A stretch of DNA of 64,000 nt, from the NCBI GenBank assembly GCA_028023455.1, contig JAQFVV010000007.1, forward strand, positions 2,294,001 through 2,358,000. Reading direction: 5' to 3'. Under the pieces are notes generated by a model. The model searched no databases and was not told the DNA's origin. It was given only the letters and a program-made list of their open reading frames with translations. The position numbers and the translations under genes were made by a program. Positions within the stretch are counted from its first letter, which is position 1, and the number at the start of each line of letters is the position of its first letter. Origin of the DNA: Epiperipatus broadwayi (lineage: Eukaryota; Animalia; Onychophora). Of the stretch, positions 1 through 13,400 are shown in pieces.

Positions 1-249
1 TGTTGTTGTTTTTTTTTTTGTAACCGGTTTGATGTATATTTCTTAAAAATAACAAAAAAATGGGAGGAGGAGGTTGGCCTTTTTAAAATATTCTGTCTTT
101 TTACTTTTTTTTAAATTGAAACAAACATTTCTTTTTGTCCGGTCTTTTTTTTTTATTTATTTATTTTTTTTTAAGAAACTTTTTTTTTTTTTTTTTTGGT
201 TTTCCAAGCCTTTTTGATTGTTTTTGAAAAAACTTTTTTTTGTTATCGA

Positions 250-400
250 GAAACCAGGCTTTCTTGACAGACTTCTTTAAGACCTGTCATCATATTCCTT
301 ATGGCATTTTGACACCTTCCCAACTCAGCTGTAATATGCTTCACTGTAAGCTGATCCCAGCTTCAAGAATAAATTAGCCATACCGCTTGCGAAAAGCTGA
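250..400 (-). pseudogene. Possible Tc1/mariner-like transposase N-terminal (HTH) remnant
   Basis: Frameshifted minus-strand translation ILEAGISL..KHITAELGRCQNAIRNMMTGLK resembles the first HTH of Tc1/Tc3-type transposases. No TIR or DDE motif is visible, and positions 1-240 look garbled. Confidence 0.25.
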
Positions 401-1129
401 ATCCCAGGCAGCCCTCAAAGCCCATTCCATGAGCAAATGAAACACCTTGGTCAACATTGATGCAATTGACATTCCATTTCAGATGTTTGACAATGCCTTA
501 ATTTCATTAAACCACCACAAAAAACAGTTTTTCTGGGTGGGGCAAACATTTTTTATTTTGGATTGAAGGAAGGCCACCTCATCTGCTTCTGTAGCAGGTC
601 AATCTCAAAACTACAATGCCAAACAGTCATCTGCCATTGAACTGTTTTGATTTCAAAAAGTCTCAGAAAGTGCGCGACTTGTTCGTGAACTTTGCCGAAT
701 TGTAATTTACACTCATCATTTAGTGAATTCTAACCCCTGACAATGAAAGTAGGGATGTTTGAGAATTTCTTTACAATTTTTACTAACTCACATCAATTAC
801 AATACATTTAAGCAAAAAAAAAAATCCGTTCTAATATAGTTTTCATCATTACAACTACAGAAGCCTTCATATCATATGCTATACAATAGTCAAGAGTAAT
901 GTCTATAGAGAGTGTCACATGCTCATCGCTAATAATTTTCAACATACTAGAGATGTTGGGGTAAGGGTGCACTTCAACATCTTAGTGTCTGAACAGTTTA
1001 CAGGCCATAAGATCTATGAGCAGCCTTGTAAACAGCATATTTATGTGGATTAGAGTAGAAACAGTGCCATCAGGCAGTGTGAATCAATAGATGCTGTATT
1101 ACCATCACATCTATCTAATTTGTAAGATA

Positions 1130-2022
1130 AAATACTTTTAAATAAGTGATTCAAACCTGCATCTGTATAATATGTGAAATAAAATAAAAATACTCTCATA
1201 TAAGTGATTCAAAACCAGATCTATCTAATGTGTATGATGAAATACTTCGAAATAAGTGGTTCAACCTGCTTCTGTATAATATGTGAATTGAAATGGAAAT
1301 TCTTCAAATAAATGACTCAACATAATCTACGTAATCTAAAAAGTAACATTAAAGATGCTTCTACGGGATATATGTCCATATGCCTGCAGTAAATGTGTGC
1401 TAATATTTAGGTGAACTAAAAATGCTTCTATACACCTGGATCAAAATCAAATGCTTCTATAAGCTTAAATTAAAATCAAATGCTTCTATACATGTGGACT
1501 GAAATCAAATGTTTCTATACCCATGAATGTGTATCTATGCACATGATGGAACTTCAATCAAGAAGGATAATTCCCAATCATGAAGAATCAAGGAGAAGAA
1601 CTGTAATGTACACATGGATATGACAACATACAGAGTAGATACTCAATAAACTTTTTCTTCTTTTTCATTTGTTGTTAAAAAAAAAACTAATACCTGTTGG
1701 TCATTTTAATTCACATCATTCATCAATTAATGCACTGATTCACAAGAATCTCATGTTACCTGAGCTATGTCCAGAATAACTTGTTGTGGATAAGTAAGGT
1801 TGTGGTGAGATGGAACTCTAGTGGTGCCATTTGGGAAACCAAACACACAAATTTCTAGATGTTTCCAATCTCTATGAGACTACATTCTCTGATGAGCAGG
1901 AAATATTGTTGTAGGGAGATGACACTAGCATTGGGGAATTCCAATCAGTAGTTTCTTCCTGCAATATTCTCATCAGGAAATAAAATTATCCAAAAGAGGG
2001 GTAATGGAGCTATCAGGTTACA
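1130..2022 (+). repeat. 5' LTR (homologous part; true start may be upstream, e.g. TGTCACA at about 913)
   Basis: Aligns collinearly with 5735-6791 (roughly 80-90% identity by eye) and ends ...TATCAGGTTACA. Contains ~55-60 bp subrepeats and four ~27-bp AAATCAAATGCTTCTATA units. Confidence 0.7.
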
Positions 2023-2024
2023 TT

Positions 2025-2043
2025 TGACACCCTAATTGTGAGG
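2025..2043 (+). other. Degenerate primer-binding site (tRNA-Lys-like)
   Basis: TGACACCCTAATTGTGAGG starts 2 nt after the LTR end and resembles the Lys PBS TGGCGCCCAACGTGGGG with transitions and an indel. Confidence 0.3.
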
Positions 2044-2282
2044 CCTAATTTAGCCAGTCTGCCTATAAACATAAAAGAAGTAAACAGAAGAATAGGAAGA
2101 GTACAAGGCAGATGCAATTATGATTCTGTGGATGTGAACAGTGCACATGGTGTGGGGATATAAAATAAAAAAGAGAGAGGGGAGAAATTAAGAGAACTAA
2201 GTAAAGTAAATGGTAAATAAGAATGAAACAGGCATGAGAAAGAACATGAACTAAACCATAGTGTGAAGAGAAAGAAAGGCTG

Positions 2283-2448
2283 ACTAAACAATAAAACAAA
2301 GCATGCCAATAATAGAGATTTGTCAAAGAGCAAATATATCATAAAAAAATTGTATCTTGAACATTACTAAACAATAAAACAAAGCATGCCAATAATAGAG
2401 ATTTGTCAAAGAGCAAATATACCATAGAACAAATTGTATCTTGAACAT
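2283..2448 (+). repeat. 83-bp tandem duplication in the gag leader
   Basis: ACTAAACAATAAAACAAAGCATGCCAATAATAGAGATTTGTCAAAGAGCAAATAT... occurs at 2283 and again at 2366. Confidence 0.9.
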
Positions 2449-2589
2449 AGATGATAACCAGAGCAAAAAGAAAAATGATGATGAGCACAAAAACTAAGAA
2501 GAGTCTTCCTGAGAAAGAACAAAGCAAGAAGATAATGATTCCAAATCAGATGATCAACAACAATCACAGATCATGGAAGAGGCTTCCAT

Positions 2590-3860
2590 GTTAGTCAAGC
2601 AAATGGAAATGATGAAGGAAGATAACAGAAAAAGAGAAGAACAAAGAGGATAAGAAGCAAACAATAGAAGCAAACCAAAGAATAGAAAAAAACAATCACA
2701 GAAGCAATGGAAAGTCAAATGAAAAGCTTGAACAAATAATCAAATAGATAAATGACCAAATATTGAAAATTAATAAAGAGGTCATGGATGAAGTTAAAGG
2801 GTCCCTAATTTAACAAGAGGTCAAGATGACCCAACTTTGCAAAGCCATGGATATGAAGCTGAGTTCAGGAATCTGTGTAGGAGCAGGTGGGCAGCTTGTC
2901 CACCCAAGTGAGATAACTGAAGATAAAAAGCAACTCTACATTGCCAGTAAAGGAAGGAACAGAAACATTCCCAAAGGTAATTTTGAGAAGAGAATTGTAA
3001 AAAAATTAACCAAGAAGTATGAGTAAACAACTATACACCAGGAATTGTAAACTAATTTCTCAAGATAAAAACATTTTCAGGAGGCTCTAATGAAGCACCT
3101 ATTGAGTACATAAAAGTTTAGACTGGTACTTCAATATTAATGTAATGTCTGAGGCAAAACTGGCAATAGCTTGCAGCCATTTGCAGGGTGTGGCTCAAGC
3201 ATGGTGGTATTCATTATTTAGCCAACCCACCAATTTTAATGATTTTAAAAAGGCACTTGTAAGCTGTTACTGGAGTGATAACTGTCAAGAGAATATCAAA
3301 GATAAGGTGTCCTGGGAAAAATGTCCATCTGGTGAACCTTATATGTCATTCTTTAGAAAGCAAGTGGCCAAATTGGGGGACTTGAAAACCGACTCTTTGT
3401 CAGATCTCCAAATTATCAGGCTGATTCACTACAGTTTTCCTAGTTACATTGAGATGATGTTGGGATAGATCACTGATCCATTGAGCAAGTGGCAGAGTTG
3501 TTAATGGTATATGACAACTGCAGTTCCTCAGTGACTCATAAAGATGGATCCAAGCAGCTAAATAAAACCCCATTCAAGATGGAGAATGGGTCAAGAATAG
3601 GTGCTATCCATTATAAGAGGAAATCACCTCCACAATATTACAGCAACAATAATACACCTACTGGGTATAGGAGAAGAAATGAAGTGCCAGCATGAAAGAG
3701 AAAAAGAAAAATTTCTCAGGTAAAATTCATAGCCTGTATTAGACCTGAATTGTAAAATGATCAAACAGTGATGATGAGCTACAAAGAAATGCAGGTAGAA
3801 AAACAAGCCACCAGGATGATGTCTGGCCTGAGAAATGTCCAAAATGGGACAAACTAGAGA
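2590..3860 (+). pseudogene. Ty3/gypsy gag pseudogene (coiled-coil N-terminus + Arc-like capsid)
   Basis: E/K/Q-rich N-terminal fragments are followed by the frameshifted stretch FSGGSNEAPIEYIK.LDWYFNINVMSEAKLAIACSHLQGVAQAWW..FNDFKKALVSCYWS, typical of a retrotransposon capsid. ORF 3145-3468 is its longest open part; multiple stops and frameshifts. Confidence 0.75.
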
Positions 3861-4859
3861 TACATCACTGTACAACACAAAAGAGTATTATTGGAGAACT
3901 GATCATGATCCTCAGTCTCCCAAACCAGGATGCAGCTACCACTCTGATCAATAAAACTTCTGATGAAAGAAGTTTATGAGAGGGAAGTAGTGATGTGTGA
4001 ATTTGTATTTTTCATGTTGTGGTGGATGGATGGATGAGCAGAATGCCTAGATGCATTGTGTTTATGACACTCCAAAGTATAGACTCAGCACTATCCAGAA
4101 CTATCCAGCAATGTTAATAGGTACTCATAAATAAGCCACATGGACAAGCCCCTAAGACTCACAGATGAGCATGGCTGGCTCAGTGCTAAATATGTTTCTG
4201 GCTACTACTCATTTTGGAGATCTCTCCAGGTACCAGATAGGTAGTGCTTAAATTTGAGGTATTTTATCGTGACATCACATTGAAGGGTGGACTGATGGTC
4301 CATGCTTGGGTATCTACTTATCATGGCATTTGGAGCTGCACTTCATGTATTCTCTTTCCCCATTACACCTTACTTCATCAATGCTACCTAAAATCAAGTA
4401 AAGACCCAAAAGAATAAGGAAAGTGTGAGGAATAAAATTGTGTGTCACAGCAATTTTATTCCAAAATTTAGTGAAGGGTAATGAAACAGACACATTGTTT
4501 TACATGTATTGATTAAAGCCCCCCCCCCAGTTAAAAATTGTTGAAATATTAAAGTGAAAAGCTGACACAGTCTTCAATAAATAAATGTCAAAAGAAGAAA
4601 TGAATAAGTGAAGTGATTTAGAATTAAATTTCATGTACATTATAAAACCCAAAATGATTAAAAATTAAGGAAACAAAAAAAAGTAAGAAACAGAAGTCAA
4701 GTTAAAATATTGCTCATATAATAATTTGTAGAGTTGAATGTGTATAAATTATAATTAACATTTAATTAAAAAAGATTGCCATAGGCAAGAAAGTTAATTG
4801 ATATTTTTTTCAAAAAACAGATCAGATAAGAGTTATAAGGATCTATTCTGGCTAAAAGT

Positions 4860-5330
4860 GGATGGCCAATAAACAGTTGAATGAAGACATGGGCCTCAAA
4901 GAAAGGTCATCATCACCAATAGAATTAGTGCTAGATAAATCTGAAGAATCATTGATAGGAAAAGCATAAGACCATAAATAGGGGAGTAGATATTGCTAAA
5001 AAAAATCAACAAAAATATTGTTTGGAAGTATCAAGACTATTACTAGTGGACTAACCATTATGAGTACTGCATAATAAAATGCAGTTTGTATGAATACTGG
5101 CCCAATGAAGCTAGGAGCACTGTAAACATTAACCAAGAAAGGAACCTCTAACTACTGCATAGCTAAATAATGAAGAAACATATTATTAAAATGGAATACC
5201 TTCAAATGTCTGGCTAAAAGGAAATAGCTTTTCTCTCTCCTCTGTCACCTGGTTTAGCAATAAAAGTAAGATAAAAACAAGACCTGTTAACTGACCATCA
5301 ACTCATACAGCTCTTGGAAAACCCCTATTA
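4860..5330 (-). pseudogene. LINE AP-endonuclease remnant
   Basis: Minus-strand VPFLVNVYSAPS resembles the conserved vnvYaP strand of LINE APE domains. The rest is heavily decayed. Confidence 0.3.
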
Positions 5331-5734
5331 ATTGGAATATTTTCAGTAAACCACTAACAGATGAAGGTTCAGATTGATTGCTTATAAAAAAATACAAAAT
5401 AAAACCATATTTATTCTAAATGACTAAATTCTAAATGAAGCATACTGGAGTAAATAATTTTGTTGATTTAAAAACAATTCTATAATAAACATCATACTAG
5501 TATGTGTCAACATAAAATGAAATTATTGTTATAAAGTGACATTTATTATTTTACAAAATGCTGTGATAGAGTGAATTAAATATGAATCCATGCACACATA
5601 CATTAAAGAAATGTTTGTAATGTAAATTAAAAAATTATAGAATAAAATTGATATATTAGGTACATGAATAATAATGAATATGTACCAACATACCTGAATA
5701 CATAATAGATGTGAATTAAAAAGCTACAAAGGAA

Positions 5735-6791
5735 ATATTTTTAAATAAGTGGTTCAAACCCAATATGTGAAATAAAGTGAAAATACTCCTGTATAAGTGA
5801 CTCAAAATTGCATCTATCTAATGTGTAAAATGAAATACTTCTAAACAAGTGGTTCAAATCTATATCTGCATAATATGTGAAATAAAGTGAAAATACTCAA
5901 GTGACTCAAAACCACATCTGTCTAATGTGTAATATGAAATACTTTTAAATTAAGTGGTTCAAACCCGCATCTGTATAATATGTGAATTGAAATGGAAATA
6001 CTCCAAATAAATGACTCAAAACTGCATCTACATAATCTGGGAAGTAAAATTAAAGATGCTTCTACAGGATATATATCCACATGCCTGCAGTAAATGTGTG
6101 CTAATATTTATGTGAACTGAAAAATGCTTTTATGCACCTGTATTGAAATCAAATGTTTCTATAAACTTGAATTAAAATCAAATGCTTCTATATACATGGA
6201 CTGACATCAAATGCTTCTATACAAATGGACCGAAATCAAGTGCTTCTATACCCATGGATATGTATCTATGCACATGATGGAACTTCAATCAAGAAGGATA
6301 ATTCCCAACCATGGAGGATCAAGGAGAAGAACCATGATGTACACTTGGATATGACAGCAGCCAGAGTAGAGATTGTCAATAAACTTTTTCTTCTTCATTT
6401 TAAGAACTTAATACCCAAATATTATTAGTGTTAAATAAATTGTTGTTACAAAAAAAAACTAATACCTCTTGTTTATTTCAATTTGCACCATTCATCAATT
6501 AATGCACTGATTCACAAGAATCTCATGTCACCTGAGCTATGTCCAGAATAACTCAACATGGTTACATAAGGTTGTAGTGAGATGGCACTGTAGTGGTACA
6601 ATTTGGGAAACCAAACATAATTTTCTAGATGTTGCCAATCTCTATGGCACTACATCCTCTGATCAGCAGAAAATATTATTGTAGGGAGTGATGATAGCAT
6701 TGGGGAATGCCAATCAGTAGTTCTTTCCTGCAATATTCTCATCAGGAAATAAAATTATCCAAAAGAGGGATAATAGACCTGTCAGGTTACA
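5735..6791 (+). repeat. 3' LTR (apparently 5'-truncated)
   Basis: Collinear with 1130-2022 and ends CCTGTCAGGTTACA. Has five ~27-bp units versus four in the first LTR. Confidence 0.7.
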
Positions 6792-7224
6792 ATATGCATA
6801 TGTATAAATTTTGTAATTTATTGTTTCTAATCAGAATTCAATTTTAACTGAATTCTAATATAATATTTATTTATTTCACCTTTATTTTAGTTTATATTAA
6901 ATTTTTATTAGTACAAGTTTCAGAAACAAAAATACTGAATAATTTATTTTAAAGCATAGAAAATTATTATCTGTCAATAGTTCATGCACTTGCCCGTAAA
7001 AATTCATAGTGCCATTCCTGGCATGCATGCCATAGGTACACACCATAATATCTCTAAATTAAATTTTAGTAATATTTATATTATTGCAAATAAAAGACAT
7101 TTAAAAAAATAATATTTGAACTTTTCAAAGTGGAAAAATAAAGTATTATCATAAATAAATAACAATAATTATTTTTAACTGAAATGCTGGCTTATTATAT
7201 AACTGTGTCTATATATGCAATATA

Positions 7225-7407
7225 TAGGATATATGAACACAGACTTTCACATGACCTACCACTCTCCACTCTATCTCATAACACTGATACACTTGAACAC
7301 ATATATGTCAAAAAGATAAATAATCATCAATATACATATTTCATGCTGTGTTATGAGATGGGGTGGAGAGTGGTGGGTCATATGAAAGTCTGTGCTCATA
7401 TACCCTA
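7225..7407. mobile_element. Hammerhead-family element, short palindromic copy
   Basis: Left unit 7225-7347 (reads on minus, truncated inside HHR stem II) plus inverted 60-bp arm 7348-7407; TATATA flanks; homologous to 19617-20111 and 52228-52741. Confidence 0.8.
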
Positions 7408-10400
7408 TATATTACAATAATTCTTTTTATATTGAATTGTACTTTTTATTGATTTTTAAAAATAATTGAACATATGGAAGAAATTATTTATTTAAATTTT
7501 ATTTTGAAAATGAAAATTAATTTTTGTTTGGACATTAAAATGCAATAAAATTCTGTTTTAAAATTTAAAATTGCATTCATTGTAATTAAAATATAACAAC
7601 AAATTTCTGCACCAACATTTATGAAAGCATTTCTTATTCAGTGAATCAATCTCAACTTCCGTTTGTTATAGTTACAGTTTTATTTCATTTATCTTCTTAC
7701 AAACAAGCATTTAAAAATAAAATCTAATTGTAATCATGTATTTTTTTTTATTTAGAGTAAATATTTTTCACATATGTTGCATAAATAAGCAGAAATGTTT
7801 AAATAAATTATTGAAAAATTATAATTTTTATTTTTGAAATAACAAAAGAAAGACACTCATTCATAAAAGAGTGAGAATATAAAATATCAGTTTCTTTGTA
7901 TTATGATACAATCAAATAGTAGTATTTTTAGATTTTTTGAATAATGCCATTTGCACATTTCTATGATATCTGTATAATACTAATATCCACATTTTTAAAC
8001 TAATAATTTGAATTGTAATCTCTACTGTTAAAAAAGGCAAACCAGAAAATATACATTATAGATAACTGCAAAATAGTAAAAAAATAAATAAATCCAGAAA
8101 TAATAACAGCACTATCAGAATACCCCAGAATGCACAGAGGATATAATGTTGTATATTGTCCCATTAAATTGTAGTACACAAATATATAACATTAACTTAA
8201 ACTTAGCTCAAAATATATATGTGAATTAAGAAAGTCCCTCAGACAATGAAATGTAGAATAAAAGATCAAGAATAGAATCAATTCACATATTCTTAAAGCT
8301 CTAATGTTTATAAACACACTCTTGTTAACACTGTTGGTAATTCAGAGTGAAATTAATATATTATCCAGTTGGGGTATGATATTTAATAGTTATTAAACTA
8401 ATAATCAATTATACATAGCTGCAGATACCTTATTTAATGCATTGAGTATAATAATTCAATAAGATTTAATATGTGAACATTAAATTAATTTTAGTTATCA
8501 ACAATGTTGATAAAGGTATGCTTTATTTTTGATTCTTTGTTCAATATTTAGAATGCCTTTAACTCATAGTCAGAGGGAAAAAGATTGACTCATTTTATTT
8601 AAATACATAAAATTGTAAATGATATTAAATATAAAACACATATATGCACACATCTGCATGTCTGATATTAATAAATAACAATAAACCAATAAATATTTTA
8701 TTTTAATAGATAAATAATTAATAATTTTAGATGTGTATAGTAATTCAATTCCTAATTTCAATAAATCTACAAACCAATATTATTCTATTTTAATCATGTA
8801 TAAATAGTAAATTATAATATGAATACACACATAAAAATATTTAATTTATTAATTATCAGTTTTTCTTTAGCCTTCAAACTAAATTATTTTTGTAATCAAA
8901 AGTGCAAAAATATTGAATCAATCCAAAACCCAGGTTATCCACGTTATTAAAATTTACATTTCATTATATTTTTCTAACTCTATGAATGACAATAAAATTC
9001 TAAGAACATGAGTTTCAATATTCTGGTGGCCTTTAACTAATATTAAAATTTGCTCCAGTTAGATATTTTTTATTCTTGCTGGGCACTTTTGTTTCATTAG
9101 TTAATTTATTCTATAATTGTTTGCCTACAATTAGTATAATGTTTTCTCTCTTTTAAAAAAAATGAAGTAAAATAAGTCCAATAAAATTGATTTTTTTAAG
9201 ATTCTTTAACTAATATATGCAGCATATATGTATTTTCACAATAACTTAATTTTTTTCATTTGTGGTTTTATATGTTCATGAAATAGGTCTCATGCATAAC
9301 AGTATATATATGACTGACAATATTTTCTCTCATCTGTGGCTGCATATATATAAACAGTTATATATAACATATAGTGCTGGAGTTTCTTGATTAATAGGCT
9401 GGCCTCTTATAAAAATTGTCACTGTGATATGCCTTGATTAATAGAAAATCATAATAATTCTGGTAACTCTGAACTCAGTTTAGCCCCTATAATTTTCAAG
9501 CTTTACTAACAGAAAGTGGAGCTGTATTGCAAACATATGGTTTTGAAGCATCACAAAGAAGCAATTTTAATACTTTTCTGGGAATTCAAACTCAACCAAT
9601 GGGGAAACTAGTAGCATACTATTTTTGAAGGTTATTTTATATACATATTGTATTCTCTCTAACTTCACTTAAACTAATCCCACTATTTAAAATAGATACA
9701 GTGGAAATTATAAATAGGAGGCTTAACAGTATTTTTTTTTCTTTTTGATTAATAAAAAACAAAATAACTAAATTATCATAATTCTGGTTTTTTAAATTTT
9801 TTAAGCAAAAACAGATTATAGAATTAACTCTACAAATAATGTGCATTATAAAGAAAAAACTATTTTGAATATTTTTTTTTTTGTTATACCAAAAGTTTTC
9901 TATTTTTATCAAAATCAGAAATAGAAATCTTTTAAATAATTTACGGCACTTTAAAAAAAAAAAATATTATTATTATTTAAGTTTCAGTTATTCCAGATTT
10001 TGTTTTAAATAATTATATATGTAAATTTTATCTACTCATTTTTACTTTTTCTTTTAAGTTTTAAATATATATGCATACGCGCACGCTAATCATGAGAACA
10101 ATCTGTTTCATATATATAAAACCTGAATGCATAGATATACATACTCTGTAAGTACGTACATACACAAATATATACATAATATTTTTAAAATATTAATGAC
10201 ATCGATAATTTTAACAAAAGCAGCAATAACTTCACATTATAGATAAATTTAATTAACACTAATTATCTTTCATTTTTAAATGACTTTTTATAAATATTTA
10301 CACGTATTTTAAATCATTAATGTCGATTAGAATATACTCCAAATGTTTACCAGCAGTTACCAAGAAACAAAACATAACAAATAACAATAATAAAAGTATT

Positions 10401-13400
10401 CAGAATGAGAAGTTTTTATATTACATTACCAAGCGGAAAGTTTGCTATGTAATTTAGATAAAATGCAGAAAATAAATAAATCCATTAATAGTAAAAATGA
10501 GACAAAAATAACACATATATGCAGTCTTATAATGATCGGTTACTTATCTTCAGCTTTTTCTTATACATTTATCTACTTATTTCTACTTTATATGTAGATA
10601 TTAATTTTAAACCATGACTTAAATTATTTTTAAAAATAGTTTTAAAAATCCAAATTAAACTTAGTATGAATATTGATATGACGGGTCTCATAATATAATG
10701 GCTGGTGCAATCATATGTAATGTCTATGGCCTGAGATTGAAATTCAGTTGGAGCTTGGGAACTTATAATGTTAAGAAACTAATCAATCTATTCGAGTCAT
10801 TGGACTTTAATACATAACAAGTTACTTTTAGCTAAAGTATAAATCAGCTGTGAAAAGACTGTATCATATTACAGTTGTTGTGTTGCTATTGTTGTTTTTA
10901 TATTTAGACCATTAGCGGATGGATATAGGACCAACAAGATTAACTTGTAATATTTATTTTATAATTAATATTTTATTAAAATTTACTAATCAATATTGTA
11001 CAGATAATTAAATTGAAATAACAATAATCAATCAATGACTATTCTGACTTTTATTTCATCATCCCTTTGTGGAAGAATGCTGGGGAGGATATGTTCTGTC
11101 GAATTAAAGCTGTTTTTAGCTATATGATGATTTCATTACCAAAACTTGATGAATAAAATCGTAGTTTCTTATTACAACACGGGCAAATAATTATTCTATC
11201 CATGCTTTTTCTATGACTGCATTTGATTCTAGTCAATAAAATAAATAATCAAATAACTTTATTGTTCAAGAGTTAATAAAAAGTTTGAGTAGAAATGATA
11301 AAACCAGACATGGTCTGTGGACCATCACTCCATCACTGCATCAAACCATGCAGAGCAAAAATATTAGATAATGATGACTATTCAAACTGATAAATTGAAT
11401 ATATTTTTGTTGAGATGCTTTATTGAAAGTACTAAGTGACAACAATAACAAAAATTAAAACTTTTAACTAATTTATAATACTGTTAAAAATGTTACAAAG
11501 CCATACTTATAATCTTCTATATTCTGATAGTAAAACTTTCTGCTCACTGATTCATTAGCTCATAATGAAATGTTAATCATAAATGTTGTACTTGACATTC
11601 TTCACAACAGAGATTCAAAACTGGATAAATTATACATGTGTATATATTAAAGTACAGAAAATCATTTGCATGCTCTGATCACAAACCAGGATTTAATCTG
11701 GATGGTGACATTTGAGATATTTTTTTAAATTATATGATTTTTTTCTTTTATGTAATGACATCTAAATTAGATAGCTATTAATTATTGACTAATAAATAGT
11801 TATCTAGCTATTCTAGATTAAAAAATTCTTTAAAGAAGAAACCCAGCAGTTGGAAAATTTTTATTTGAAAAGACAATAGATCTTTGCTCCTATTTAAAGA
11901 TTAATTAACCATTACATGCATCAAAATAAAAAAAAATTTCACAGCTTCAATTTTTTAATTTAACAATTCAAATCAGTTATGAGTTGGAGTATCCATAATC
12001 TAACTACTTAGTAACTATGTATAGTTAGTAGTTTGAGAAAATGGGTAGCATAATTTTTTTTAATATAGTTGCTTGCCAATTAATACTGGTTGGAAAATGG
12101 GTATAATGTATTATTTACTTGAAAGTGAAGATCCCAATATAATCTAGGTTAATTATACGAGTGTCATAAGCTTAGTAAATGCCATCTAATGATTTTGGGG
12201 GGAAAATCATTTTTCAGATGATTTGTGGCATGATCTTTCTAGAAGGCTGGATTTTTTTTTAACTTGAGTAATTAAATTTATACCTTCAAGCCAACCTATT
12301 TTATCACTAAGTATGTTTATTCACTTTCACTCAGTGTTTAATGTGAATTCTAATGTATATATTTGTGTTGTAAAGAAATATAAAAGAGAGAAATTTGCAA
12401 AGTAGTGGCATATATTGGTTGTCAAATATATGTAACTATCTGACAGAAAGCATGAATATTCTTCTAATGATAATAATATAATAATTAACTAAATTAATGG
12501 CAGATTGTTGGTGCACTAAATTTTATATGTGACTTTAAAATCTTTCTGATTATGGCTGCCATTTGCATTGGTTGTTCTAAAACTTCAAATTGGCTTATTT
12601 ATTAATGGACTTGAAATATCTTTGGTTTTTCTGACATGTAAATTGTTCTTGAGGATGCTGGCCTATGTTTTTTTTATGAGATAGAATAGGTTTTAGTGCC
12701 AACAACATGATTATGTAGTTGTATGGCAGCCATTTTGATTGGTTTTAACAATTTAAAAATGTAATGTTTCTTTATTATAACATTATATCTGTTTTCCTGT
12801 TTTTGTTTATGGTAAGCAATTTAATTGCTCTAAGTACATGCTTGTCAATGACTTGGTGATGATAAATGCTTACTTATCAAAATATTTGGTCAATAATTAG
12901 CTTTTATCATTATTATTATTTAATTAAAAATACAAGCCTTTCTTCATACCTATTTCAGATTAAATTATTCGGCACAATTTTATAAAAAGTTATTTAAAAT
13001 AAAATAAAAATACAGTTATGTTTTATAACAGTTATATTAATTATGCACTATGCACGATAAATTATTATATTATATGAAATTTGTAACTTATATTTTCTAA
13101 GTATCAGAATAATTTTAATAATTAAATTAAATTTAATAAATAAACCATTAAAAGAAAATTTTGGGGTCTATAAAAAAAAAGTAACAATGAACAAAAGCAT
13201 CTTCATATATAGGTATAACACAACAACCTAAAACTCCCACATATCCCCCATACTGCTTAATATTATAGAGCACAATACATAAATAGATCGAAAATAAACC
13301 TACTTTTAATGTACCAAACTAAAATTATAAATAGACAATGATTGAGATAATATAATAATAAAAGTGATTACTTAAATAAACTGAGAATATTATAACGATA

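Larger units (their letters stand above)
1130..6791 (+). mobile_element. Degenerate Ty3/gypsy-type LTR retrotransposon (LTR-gag-LTR, no recognisable pol)
   Basis: Direct repeats of about 0.9-1.05 kb at both ends, both ending CAGGTTACA; PBS-like sequence after the first; capsid gag remnant inside. The 5' boundary and TSD are not resolved. Confidence 0.7.

Noticed and set aside
1-240. T-rich stretch with many long homopolymers
   Set aside because: Looks like low-quality contig-end or long-read sequence with inflated homopolymers; no feature can be supported.
1889-1903. CTGATGAGCAGGAAA in the 5' LTR as a hammerhead core
   Set aside because: No pairable stem II, and the other LTR reads CTGATCA at the same position.
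2063-2527. Hydrophobic minus-strand ORFs (87, 74, 62 aa)
   Set aside because: Antisense shadows of the purine-rich gag leader; low complexity, no motif.
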